NCBI GenBank assembly: GCA_050257575.1
Contig: JBLMXD010000065.1
Span: 1-28,918, forward strand
From: Alphaproteobacteria bacterium
Lineage (GTDB): Bacteria; Verrucomicrobiota; Verrucomicrobiia; Chthoniobacterales; UBA10450
DNA: 28,918 nucleotides
Direction: 5' to 3'
Shown: positions 16,565 through 25,306 of the stretch, piece after piece
How the letters are laid out: each line of letters starts with the position of its first letter
Numbering within the stretch: the first letter of the stretch is position 1
The notes under the pieces: generated by a model
Database searches by the model: none
The model's input: only the letters and a program-made list of their open reading frames with translations
What the model was told of the DNA's origin: nothing
Translations under genes and position numbers: made by a program

Positions 16565-18007
16565 ATGAAAACAACACTGCCGACGAAAAAGACCAAGGTC
16601 GTAGCGACAATCGGCCCGGCTTCGGAGTCCCCCGAGATGCTGGCACGACTCATACATGCCGGAATGAATGTCGCGCGGTTGAATTTCTCACATGGGCAGC
16701 CTTCGAAACACGCGGAAGTTATTCGGCGCATCCGTGACGCAGCGCGCGAGAACGGACGGCGTGTCGCGATCATGGCTGATCTTCCCGGACCGAAAATGCG
16801 ACTGGGAAAAATCGACCCGGAACCGATTCAGCTTCTGCCGGGCGAACGCTTCGTCCTTACGAACGAAAAAATTGTGGGCAATGCGCAACGCGTCTCGATG
16901 AGTTTCGAGCGGCTGCCGCTCGTGGTGAAGCCAGGCGACAGGATTTTTCTCAACGACGGTCTCGTGCAGCTCGTGGTGAAAAGCGTGTCTGGAACTGATG
17001 TGGAGTGCACCGTAGTTGTCGGTGGCGAGTTGCGTTCACGGAAAGGATTAAATCTGCCGGGCATTGAACTTGGCATCAGTGCATTCACCGAGCACGACCG
17101 CGACTGCCTTGAGTGCGCAGTTAGAGAAGGGGTTGATGCAGTGAGCCAGTCGTTTGTTGAACGCGCCGCGGACATCGAGGCTGTGCGCAAGACGGCCGGG
17201 AAAATGGGTGCGCAACCTTTTGTCATCGCAAAGATCGAACGATCGGATGCTCTTGCGCATTTCGATGAAATTCTTGCCGCGGCGGACGGCATCATGGTGG
17301 CGCGCGGTGATTTGGGCGTCGAGGTGCCGATCGAGGAAATCACCTACACACAAAAGCAGCTTATCGCGAAAGCGAATCTTGCGGGGAAGCCAGTCATTAC
17401 TGCGACACAGATGCTCGAATCGATGGTTTCGAGCCGTTTGCCTACGCGCGCAGAAGCAACTGACGTCGCGAATGCAATTCTCGATGGAACGGATTGCGTA
17501 ATGCTCTCCGGTGAATCAGCGATGGGAAAATTTCCCGAGGAATCAGTAACGATGCTGGCGAAAATCGCTGCCTTCACCGAGAAACATCGACCACGGAGAA
17601 GTTTTGTGGCCCAGCGCGAGTTCCTGCAGCAGCAGGGAGCGATGACTGGCGGTGATCGCATGGCGTCTGTCGCTGAGCATGCTCTGGATACCGTGCCTTG
17701 TGACATGTTGCTGGTGCCGACACGCAGCGGAACGACTGCACGCACGATCTCGCGCTGCAAACCACCAGTCTGGATCATCGCGCCTAGCTGCGACCCAGCG
17801 ACATGTCAGCATCTCGTATTTTCGTACGGCGTTCACCCTTTCGATCTGGTGGAGGAACCGGACGACTGGCGCGAATGGATGGCGCGCTGGCTGCGCGAAA
17901 ATGGAATCGCTGCCGAACGCGTGATTCTGGTTGCCGGCCCATCACTGCGAAATCCGAAAGCCAATCAGCGCATTGAGCTGATGCGGATGGATGCGGAAGG
18001 CAGTTGA
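16565..18007 (+). CDS. pyk: Pyruvate kinase
   Basis: TKVVATIGPAS, ARLNFSHG, DLPGPKMR, MVARGDLGVE, ITATQMLESM, DCVMLSGES. Confidence 0.97.
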   Translation: MKTTLPTKKTKVVATIGPASESPEMLARLIHAGMNVARLNFSHGQPSKHAEVIRRIRDAARENGRRVAIMADLPGPKMRLGKIDPEPIQLLPGERFVLTNEKIVGNAQRVSMSFERLPLVVKPGDRIFLNDGLVQLVVKSVSGTDVECTVVVGGELRSRKGLNLPGIELGISAFTEHDRDCLECAVREGVDAVSQSFVERAADIEAVRKTAGKMGAQPFVIAKIERSDALAHFDEILAAADGIMVARGDLGVEVPIEEITYTQKQLIAKANLAGKPVITATQMLESMVSSRLPTRAEATDVANAILDGTDCVMLSGESAMGKFPEESVTMLAKIAAFTEKHRPRRSFVAQREFLQQQGAMTGGDRMASVAEHALDTVPCDMLLVPTRSGTTARTISRCKPPVWIIAPSCDPATCQHLVFSYGVHPFDLVEEPDDWREWMARWLRENGIAAERVILVAGPSLRNPKANQRIELMRMDAEGS

Positions 18008-18094
18008 CCATGGGAAGCAGTTTATAGGACGAAAGTCTAATTGGCATGTTTGACTCCGCCAGTTGAGCTTGCGAATCGAAGAGACCGTAGCGCG

Positions 18095-19486
18095 ATGAAA
18101 ATTACTCTCATTGGCGCCGCTGGAGGCGAAGTCACAGGTTCATGTTACAGCGTCCAGACGAGAGAGGCGCGCATTCTCGTTGATTGCGGCCTTTTTCAAG
18201 GCGGGAAAAAATCCGAGGCGCTTAATCGTCCGCCAACAACGCCGAATCGCAGGCTTGATGCAGTGCTGCTCACGCATGGCCATCTGGATCATACCGGACG
18301 TCTGCCGTTGCTCGCGAAAATCGGCTATACCGGGCGCATCTATGGCACGCCGGCAACGCTCGACATGACCGGTCTGATCCTGCGCGACTCGGCGCGTCTG
18401 CAAGTCTCGGACAACGAGCGGAGGAACCGTAAACGGCTGCGCGCCGGCGAACCACCACAGCCACCACTCTACACACCGGATGACGCCGAAAAGATTCTCT
18501 CTCAATTGCGACCGGTACCGTATCAGAAACCGTTCGACGTGGCGCAGGGAATCAGCGCGATCTGGGCGGATGCCGGTCACATGCTTGGGTCCACAAGCAT
18601 ACAACTGATCGTAGACGAGGAAGGAACGACGAAGCGCGTTGTTTTCTCCGGTGACCTTGGGCCATGCAGCGCGCCGATTCTGCGGGAGTTTGAACCGTTC
18701 CATCGCGCCGATCTTGTTTTTCTCGAATCGACGTACGGCGGGCGCGATCATCGTTCCTTCAAAGAAACAGTTGCAGAGTTTGAGCGCATCGTGATCGATG
18801 CTGTCAGGAACGGCGGCAAGATACTCGTGCCGACATTCGCTGTCGGGCGCGCGCAACTGATCACCCTGCTTCTCGGGAAAATGTTCCGTGCCGGGAAAGT
18901 ACAGCCCTTTCCCGTTTTCCTTGACAGCCCGATGGCAATCGAGGCAACCAACATTTACGCCAAGCACGTCGAGCTTTTCGACGACGAGATGAAAACATTC
19001 ATTCGTGACCGCCCGCTCCGCGCTGATTTGAAGACGATGAAACTAACGCCGACTGCCGACGAGTCCCGCGCCATCAATGAGGTGCGAGGCGCGTGTCTTG
19101 TGATGGCCGGCGCAGGAATGTGTAACGGCGGCCGCATCCTTCATCATTTGAGGGCCAACCTTTGGAAGCCGAGCACGCATGTGCTGATCGTCGGTTATCA
19201 AGGAAACGGCTCGCTCGGGCGGAGACTTGTCGATGGCGAGAAGGAGGTCAAGATTTTCGGCGAGAAAATCGCGGTAAAGGCAACCATTCACACATTGGGT
19301 GGATTCAGCGCCCACGCTGGGCAGACCGATCTCATGCGTTGGTTCGATGCGATCGCGCCGAGCAAACCGCGCGTTGTTCTGACACACGGTGAAGACGATC
19401 AGCGGGCCGCACTTGCCAGACTCATTCAACAGCGGTACCGCTTGCAATCGAAGCTGCCGAAGATGGGTGCAGTGATCGAGCTTTAA
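18095..19486 (+). CDS. MBL-fold beta-CASP metallo-hydrolase (probable ribonuclease, CPSF73/Ysh1-like)
   Basis: VDCG, THGHLDH, AGHMLGS, FSGDLG, ESTYG, FSAHA and LTHGE motifs all intact. Start placed at ATG 18095. Confidence 0.95.
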   Translation: MKITLIGAAGGEVTGSCYSVQTREARILVDCGLFQGGKKSEALNRPPTTPNRRLDAVLLTHGHLDHTGRLPLLAKIGYTGRIYGTPATLDMTGLILRDSARLQVSDNERRNRKRLRAGEPPQPPLYTPDDAEKILSQLRPVPYQKPFDVAQGISAIWADAGHMLGSTSIQLIVDEEGTTKRVVFSGDLGPCSAPILREFEPFHRADLVFLESTYGGRDHRSFKETVAEFERIVIDAVRNGGKILVPTFAVGRAQLITLLLGKMFRAGKVQPFPVFLDSPMAIEATNIYAKHVELFDDEMKTFIRDRPLRADLKTMKLTPTADESRAINEVRGACLVMAGAGMCNGGRILHHLRANLWKPSTHVLIVGYQGNGSLGRRLVDGEKEVKIFGEKIAVKATIHTLGGFSAHAGQTDLMRWFDAIAPSKPRVVLTHGEDDQRAALARLIQQRYRLQSKLPKMGAVIEL

Positions 19487-19519
19487 TCGGGCAAATGCTT
19501 AATCGAAGGAGATACTCTC

Positions 19520-19852
19520 ATGCCATTTGAAAAATTTGACCTTGAGAACCTGGATAAGGAGCGGCGCAAAGCGCTTGAAAACTCAATTCGCGCTATCAGC
19601 GTTGAAGAGCTGAAGACGCTTGGCGATCAGATCTTTCGCTACGCGGACGATCCGTGGCGGGAAGCGTTCTTTGGATTCGTCGCCGAGAATCCCGGCGCCA
19701 CATTTCATCATGCCGTTGCAAGCGACGGTGTGAACTTCATTTACTGCCGTGACAAGGATAAGGGCATATGGTTCCTCCCCGGGAGCGGCCTTGGACCATT
19801 GCAGGCCGCGGGTCGCAAAATCATGAGCGATATCATCCTGGGAAAGCGGTGA
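19520..19852 (+). CDS. Hypothetical protein (110 aa)
   Basis: AAGGAG RBS 8 nt before the ATG; same strand as its neighbours; no motif recognised. Confidence 0.8.
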   Translation: MPFEKFDLENLDKERRKALENSIRAISVEELKTLGDQIFRYADDPWREAFFGFVAENPGATFHHAVASDGVNFIYCRDKDKGIWFLPGSGLGPLQAAGRKIMSDIILGKR

Positions 19853-19963
19853 GTCTCGGTAGAGCGCTACATCCGCGCACATGTTTGAGCGAATAGTAAA
19901 ATTCTCAGAGGACATCACTTCCAGGCGTTGCGTGATCAACTTCAAGCGTCTCTAACGGCAAGT

Positions 19964-20698
19964 ATGAAGAAGCAAGTGTCAGCTTTTGGACAGTCCGACA
20001 TCGTTCGCCTCAACAATGAAGATGCGGTCAGCACACTTGTTGAACATGCCGTGACCGGTCTCTGGGATGTTGTTAATGAACTGACGCGCCTTCGTCGGAC
20101 CTCGCGACAAAACTATCGGGTGACCATCTTCGGTTCTGCGCGTCTCAAGCCCGGTACCCCTGCTTATAAGGGAGTCAGGAAACTCGCCGCCGAGCTGACG
20201 AAGATCGGTTGCGATATCATCAGCGGCGGTGGTCCTGGTCTGATGCAAGCGGCGAACGAAGGAGCGCACTCCGTGCAGCCAAAGGGTCACAAACGGTCGG
20301 TCGGTATTCGCATCGAGTTACCATTTGAACAGGAGGTCAATCCGTTCGTGAGTCTGGCGTACGAACACCGCACATTCTTTTCCCGCCTGCACCATTTCAT
20401 GATTGTTTCGGATGCGTTCGTCGTAGTGCCGGGTGGGATCGGAACATTGTTAGAACTATCGCTCGCCTGGCAACTCCTTCAGGTCCGCAAACTTTATAAT
20501 ACGCCGCTCATTCTCGTCGGAAAAATGTGGGCCGGGCTGGTCAACTGGGGGCGCAGCTCGATGCTCCAAAAAGGCAACGAACTCGCCAGCGAGATCGATT
20601 TCACCATCCCGCATTGTGTGAGCACAATTGATGAATGCCTCGCGCTGATCCGAGAGAACCGCGCTGCCTGGCTGGCGTCGCAAAGAAGAAAGAAGTAA
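19964..20698 (+). CDS. LOG-family nucleotide phosphoribohydrolase
   Basis: VTIFGSAR, SGGGPGLMQAAN, IELPFEQ, PGGIGTLLE (PGGxGTxxE). Confidence 0.92.
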   Translation: MKKQVSAFGQSDIVRLNNEDAVSTLVEHAVTGLWDVVNELTRLRRTSRQNYRVTIFGSARLKPGTPAYKGVRKLAAELTKIGCDIISGGGPGLMQAANEGAHSVQPKGHKRSVGIRIELPFEQEVNPFVSLAYEHRTFFSRLHHFMIVSDAFVVVPGGIGTLLELSLAWQLLQVRKLYNTPLILVGKMWAGLVNWGRSSMLQKGNELASEIDFTIPHCVSTIDECLALIRENRAAWLASQRRKK

Positions 20699-20702
20699 TC
20701 CC

Positions 20703-21785
20703 GTGAGCAAACGAATCGGTGTTGTGACCGGCGGTGGAGATTGTCCGGGCTTAAACGCAGTTATTCGCGCCGTGGCGAAAGCTTCGGCCAAACGCGGCTG
20801 GGAATGCATAGGTATTCTCGGCGGCTACGAAGGTTTACTCAAACCACAGCGAACCAAGCCGCTCGATTACCACACGCTTAGCGGATTGTTACCGTGCGGC
20901 GGAACAATTCTCGGCACGGCCAATCGCGGAAAATTCTCCGCCAAGGTCGGCCATGGCGAGAGTCGCACGTTGCCGAAGGAACTGCTGGAGGGTGTGAAAG
21001 CGGGAATGGACGCGCTTGGTTTATCCGCGCTCGTGTCTATCGGCGGCGATGGTTCCTTAAGCATCGCGCAGCAAATGTTCGAGTACGGTATTCCGGTCGT
21101 CGGGATACCCAAGACGATTGATAACGATCTCGAAGGAACGCTTTTTACCTTCGGATTCGACTCCGCCGTCTCGTCCGCGACCGATGCACTGGATCGGCTT
21201 CATACGACTGCTGAAAGCCACAATCGTGTCATGGTTTTAGAAGTCATGGGGCGTTATGCAGGCTGGATCGCTTTGTACGCCGGTGTGGCCGGCGGCGCGG
21301 ACGTGATTTTGATCCCGGAGATTCCGTTCAGCTACGAAAGCATCTGCGCGAAGGTTCGCGAACGCGAGAAGCTCGGAAAAGAATTCACGATCATCATCGT
21401 CGCCGAAGGCGCTCGCGAAAAAGACGGCAGGTTTGTAACTTACGGTGGGGAAACTAAAATCGGCGAGGCACGGCTGGGCGGGATTGGAGCGGTCGTCAGC
21501 GCGGAGGTTGAGAAACGTACGGGTAAAGAATCACGCGTGTGCGCGCTTGGTCACCTTCAGCGTGGCGGATCGCCCACGACGTTTGATCGCGCGCTGTGCT
21601 CCATGTTCGGCGCGACGGCAGTGGAACTCGTGGCAGCGGGTGAATTCGGAAAAATGGTTGCATTCAACGGGCCGCAGATTGGCGCAGTTAAAATCAGCGA
21701 GGCGATTGGCAAACTCAAGACCGTGCGTCCTGACGGGAATCTCGTTCGCACGGCGCGCGCCCTTGGCATCTGTTTCGGAGACTAG
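20703..21785 (+). CDS. pfkA: 6-phosphofructokinase, group III / mixed-substrate-type PfkA
   Basis: GGGDCPGLN, GGTILGT, IGGDGS, PKTIDND, EVMGR, LGHLQRGG; GTG start 4 nt after the LOG stop. Confidence 0.96.
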   Translation: MSKRIGVVTGGGDCPGLNAVIRAVAKASAKRGWECIGILGGYEGLLKPQRTKPLDYHTLSGLLPCGGTILGTANRGKFSAKVGHGESRTLPKELLEGVKAGMDALGLSALVSIGGDGSLSIAQQMFEYGIPVVGIPKTIDNDLEGTLFTFGFDSAVSSATDALDRLHTTAESHNRVMVLEVMGRYAGWIALYAGVAGGADVILIPEIPFSYESICAKVREREKLGKEFTIIIVAEGAREKDGRFVTYGGETKIGEARLGGIGAVVSAEVEKRTGKESRVCALGHLQRGGSPTTFDRALCSMFGATAVELVAAGEFGKMVAFNGPQIGAVKISEAIGKLKTVRPDGNLVRTARALGICFGD

Positions 21786-21924
21786 GCGCCGCCGCATTCA
21801 ACCTCAGGGGCTTGGCGCATTCGTTGAGCGTTGCACCTCCAGAAGAATCTGTTGGCTGATCGTGGAAAACTTGATTCGAGAACAGGACGTAATTCCCGTA
21901 TTGACGCAGGCAGTCAGTTTGTCG

Positions 21925-22266
21925 TTGAAATATGCTGTGTTCATTCGTTCTGGAAGGCGTAAATGCATTTTCTTCTTTTCGGTCTTCATTTTGATCTTAC
22001 AAACCGCCGTAGCAGGGCAAAATCAAAAGAATGGTGTGACGGTTTCCTACGAGAGCCTTGGCAGGTCCCGAATCGCGCGCTTTACAAACTCAAATTCATT
22101 TCCAGTCCGAGTGGAATTCTCATATCAAGGCACAAGAGTGCATGGTTCAGCTGAGGCGTCCGGTCAGGATGCGGTTTTTGTAGCAGCCAAATTTTCCTCC
22201 ACTTACGGTGGCAACGGGCTTTCCGTCACCTCTGTTCGAATCACCGGGGTTATGCGGTCGGACTGA
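21925..22266 (+). CDS. Small secreted beta-rich hypothetical protein
   Basis: C-terminal part of the 21445-22266 ORF: basic N-region plus hydrophobic core (RSGRRKCIFFFSVFILILQTAVA), then a ~85-aa beta-strand-like domain. Start uncertain (TTG 21925 or GTG 21862). Confidence 0.55.
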   Translation: MKYAVFIRSGRRKCIFFFSVFILILQTAVAGQNQKNGVTVSYESLGRSRIARFTNSNSFPVRVEFSYQGTRVHGSAEASGQDAVFVAAKFSSTYGGNGLSVTSVRITGVMRSD

Positions 22267-22267
22267 C

Positions 22268-22418
22268 GCTGATGACGACTTCCGAAGAATCGGTCGCATT
22301 CACCTGCCCGCAGGTTGACGCGATTCAGATCAGCGACGCAATCCGAAACTCAAAACGGGGCATCCGAAGCAATCTCATTCGCACTACGCGTGCGATCGGC
22401 ATTCGCCTGGGCGATTAA
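22268..22418 (+). pseudogene. Degenerate second copy of the pfk 3' end
   Basis: VAFTCPQVDAIQISDAI...NLIRTTRAIGIRLGD* aligns to pfk VAFNGPQIGAVKISEAI...NLVRTARALGICFGD* (21/42 identical columns by hand alignment), with apparent 1-nt indels. Confidence 0.85.
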
Positions 22419-22421
22419 AGC

Positions 22422-23207
22422 TCACGGTCCCGGCACACTCATTGATCGTTGCACGTCAAGAAGCGGCTGTTGACTTATCTTGAGAACGCCTTCTTGAGAG
22501 CGATCCAAGTCTGCAATTAGCTCAATTACGACAGAGAAAGCGATGGCTACCGCGAGGATCGCGAGAGATCTACGGGCTCCAGCCAGGCCAGTGTGGTAGC
22601 CCATCGCAGTGAGAGACAGCGCAGCAACGGCGAAAAGGCCTAGCCAAATTGCACCGGGAATTCGACTCCTCAGCCCTGCCTGCACCCGTTTCGCGTGCAG
22701 ATCGATCATCTCATTAAGCGACTGGACGAACAGACCGACGATAATCGAGTTTGGGTTTTTCTCCGCGACCGTTTCCGCTTCCGCCCAGACCTGTTGTTGA
22801 ATGTGATCCGACCGGCGCATTCCCTCTTCGATTTTACCCGATTTAACCGCATTTAAACGAACACCAACGTAATCCCGGAGAAGTGCCCGGATTTGTTCGC
22901 CCCGCTCGGGAAGCATACCTGCACGCAAGTAGGTCGTCCCAATTGCGTTGGCTTCGTCCAGCAGTACCTGCCTCTTTGTGTCGAACCTTGTGGCTGCCAA
23001 TCCAAACGTGAACGCAAGAATGAAAGCGAATAATCCGAGGGTAGCCCCAACCATTGTTCCAACCGGGGCCTCCTTCTCCTGCTCGGGCCGGCTACGCCGA
23101 TACTTTCCCAGGTGATAGCCACACTCTACCGAAAGTAGGACAACAATTAATATGACAACGAAGAGCCCCCAAAGAGGCAAAGTATCAATCGCGGTGGCAG
23201 TTTGCAT
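22422..23207 (-). CDS. DUF4239 (bestrophin-like) membrane protein
   Basis: GLFAFILAFTFGLAATRFD.KRQ..LDEANAIGTTYLRA...DLDRSQEG pattern. Start placed at ATG 23207. Confidence 0.85.
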   Translation of the reverse strand: MQTATAIDTLPLWGLFVVILIVVLLSVECGYHLGKYRRSRPEQEKEAPVGTMVGATLGLFAFILAFTFGLAATRFDTKRQVLLDEANAIGTTYLRAGMLPERGEQIRALLRDYVGVRLNAVKSGKIEEGMRRSDHIQQQVWAEAETVAEKNPNSIIVGLFVQSLNEMIDLHAKRVQAGLRSRIPGAIWLGLFAVAALSLTAMGYHTGLAGARRSLAILAVAIAFSVVIELIADLDRSQEGVLKISQQPLLDVQRSMSVPGP

Positions 23208-23232
23208 GGTGATTTCTACTGTTTGCGCTTTA

Positions 23233-24000
23233 TCAGGTGTCGCCTCGCCTTCGGGCAAGAAAATACGACACAGGAATTCCGATTAAAGCCGCTATGAGCG
23301 CCACGACCGAAATCTGAGACGCATGTCTGACTACAAAGAAAGGCGAATAGCGCTGATGATACAGGACAAAGCCAGGCAGGAACCGGTTCCACGGTAGAAG
23401 GAGCACGAGTAAAAACCCCAAGGCAGAACAACCCGGCATTCCCAGATCGCAGAAGCGTCGGCCCTTCCAAAAATGCGCGCTGCCAATCATGAGCGATGTC
23501 AAAAATATCATCGAAAGGCATACTCCGGTCACACGGCGGAATTTCTCGCCACCAATCGCTCTCGAATGTTGACGAAAATCTTTCTCAATCAGGTTCGAGA
23601 TTGCCTTGGTCTTATCGGCGGATTCGCCGCTTACGGAAACCCGGCGTGAGGAATCCCCCAAATCAATCGTAACAGATGAGATGGGCGCATCGGATTGCTC
23701 GTAGGTATAAGAAAAACTGAAAATGTCGTTTGGAAACGCAAGGCTGTTCGCCAGCGGGAAGCGCGGCAGTTCGAACTCGTAGTTATCAGCTGCAAGCTTC
23801 ACAAATTCCCGAGCGGAACCTGGTTCAACGGCGGGGCCATTGGCTGCATCAACCAGCGACCGGGTCTTACTCAAGATCACGTCGAGGTCCTTCGCTGCCA
23901 ATTTCAGAGGAGGCAGATTACGGGTCTCTGAAAATTGCGCCCCGCTCAAGGGCCATGTCGTGACCGAAACCCAAACGCTGAAAACAACTGCGAACCGCAT
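23233..24000 (-). CDS. Hypothetical membrane protein (signal peptide, soluble domain, ~3 C-terminal TM segments)
   Basis: Start at ATG 24000 removes the overlap with the upstream gene and gives a signal-peptide-like N-terminus, MRFAVVFSVWVSVTTWPLSGA. Confidence 0.65.
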   Translation of the reverse strand: MRFAVVFSVWVSVTTWPLSGAQFSETRNLPPLKLAAKDLDVILSKTRSLVDAANGPAVEPGSAREFVKLAADNYEFELPRFPLANSLAFPNDIFSFSYTYEQSDAPISSVTIDLGDSSRRVSVSGESADKTKAISNLIEKDFRQHSRAIGGEKFRRVTGVCLSMIFLTSLMIGSAHFWKGRRFCDLGMPGCSALGFLLVLLLPWNRFLPGFVLYHQRYSPFFVVRHASQISVVALIAALIGIPVSYFLARRRGDT

Positions 24001-24010
24001 CGCAGCAGGC

Positions 24011-25246
24011 CTAACGAAACCCGAACCGAACCGCGCTACCGTCGCCAACGAGGCCACGCGCTGCTGCGCGTACTCGCGGATCCGACATTCGATAAACGCT
24101 TCGATCAAGCAGGTAATGAATGAACCCCGTTGCGAATCCCAGAGCCAACAGCGCAGGCACCCACGTCGACGTACGTAACTGCGCCGCAAACGCACCAAAG
24201 ATCCAGTCGCCATAGTAAGTGCCGGTTTCGCGGTTTGCTTCGACCTCAAAAATGGGAAGCAAGACAATCGACAATAACGTGAGGAAGAGCAAAACCGCCC
24301 ACGGCCGAACATTCAGTCTGTGTAAAGAGCGGCGAACAAAGCCGGTTGCCGGGACGGATTCCGCCGACGGCGTTTGCGAAGCGAGGCCGGTAGCAAGCAT
24401 CCAGTGTTGCGATGTCCAGATCACGAGGAACAAAAACAAGCTTCGAGGGCGAAGAGCCAGGCCGACCATTACTGCCAGTCCAATAATGTACAGGATGCGC
24501 GGCAACGACCACTGCGGGGTACGCAGTTCTGCAAACAACACGATCGCCGTGATGGCAAACAACGCCAGCATCGCAACCCCTCGGATTCCATTCTCCGCAG
24601 ACACGATCCACGCCGGAAACAGCCACCGATCAACCCACTGATCTTGATAAGCTACTGCTCCCGCGAGAATATCTGCGATAAAAACCAGCACACCGCCCAC
24701 AACCAGGGCGAAGAAACGATCCATGCGCCTGGTCTTCATACACCAACCACGTTCCGCCCGTGAACGGTAGAGCGAAAGCGCACCGAAATGTTGCGCTGCG
24801 AAATGGTACGTCACGCAGGCATAATCGACAATTGCCAGTCCGATCAGTCGCTCTTCGCGCGTCCACGGCAAAGCCGAGTCTGCCGGTAGAAACAGAGCGA
24901 AACATCCTGCCGTAACGAGAATCGGAAGTGCGACAAACCGGATTGGCTGTTCGCGCAGCAGCGGCCGGTATGCTTCGGTGCAGTACGCGAGATAAGTGCT
25001 CGATAACCGGTGACCAATCCAAAACAGAGCGGTCAAACCAAAGTAAAACAAATCAAGCGGGCTGGACTCGGGATTCGAGTACCCGTGCGCAAGTAACAGA
25101 GCGACGGGTGCGAGCCAGAGCGCACTCAGTATCCAGAAGCCATCCCACCCAGGACTGCGTACCCAGGTTGAAGGCGATATGCATGCCCATTGCCGCTCTG
25201 CCTCTGCGATTTCGACTACATCCCCGGTTGAGGAAAACGCAGCCAT
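24011..25246 (-). CDS. Polytopic membrane protein with four His motifs, function unknown
   Basis: GHRLSSTY, YHFAAQHFG, SQHW and IHYLLDRSVY, each in or next to a TM segment. Confidence 0.82.
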   Translation of the reverse strand: MAAFSSTGDVVEIAEAERQWACISPSTWVRSPGWDGFWILSALWLAPVALLLAHGYSNPESSPLDLFYFGLTALFWIGHRLSSTYLAYCTEAYRPLLREQPIRFVALPILVTAGCFALFLPADSALPWTREERLIGLAIVDYACVTYHFAAQHFGALSLYRSRAERGWCMKTRRMDRFFALVVGGVLVFIADILAGAVAYQDQWVDRWLFPAWIVSAENGIRGVAMLALFAITAIVLFAELRTPQWSLPRILYIIGLAVMVGLALRPRSLFLFLVIWTSQHWMLATGLASQTPSAESVPATGFVRRSLHRLNVRPWAVLLFLTLLSIVLLPIFEVEANRETGTYYGDWIFGAFAAQLRTSTWVPALLALGFATGFIHYLLDRSVYRMSDPRVRAAARGLVGDGSAVRFGFR

Positions 25247-25261
25247 TGGGCAAGTGGGCTA

Positions 25262-25284
25262 CGCGCCGCGCGTTCGGCGGCGCG
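25262..25284. other. GC-rich intergenic hairpin (8-bp stem, 7-nt loop)
   Basis: CGCGCCGC-gcgttcg-GCGGCGCG between two co-oriented genes; no U-tract on the coding (minus) strand. Confidence 0.4.
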
Positions 25285-25306
25285 CACTATTTATCAGGCG
25301 ATACCG

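Noticed and set aside
19928-19939. TTGC-gtga-TCAA considered as an FNR box upstream of LOG
   Set aside because: The spacer is 2 nt too short for Crp/Fnr geometry.
21445-21861. 5' half of the 273-aa ORF overlapping pfk
   Set aside because: Off-frame shadow of pfk with no protein-like features; only the 3' part is retained as a gene.
22269-22300. CTGATGA followed by a CGAC/GTCG stem, resembling a hammerhead ribozyme core
   Set aside because: There is no GAAA after stem II, and the region is explained by pfk homology.
24001-24312. N-terminal 104 codons of the 359-aa ORF 23233-24312
   Set aside because: They overlap the conserved C-terminus of the upstream gene; ATG 24000 gives a clean signal peptide.
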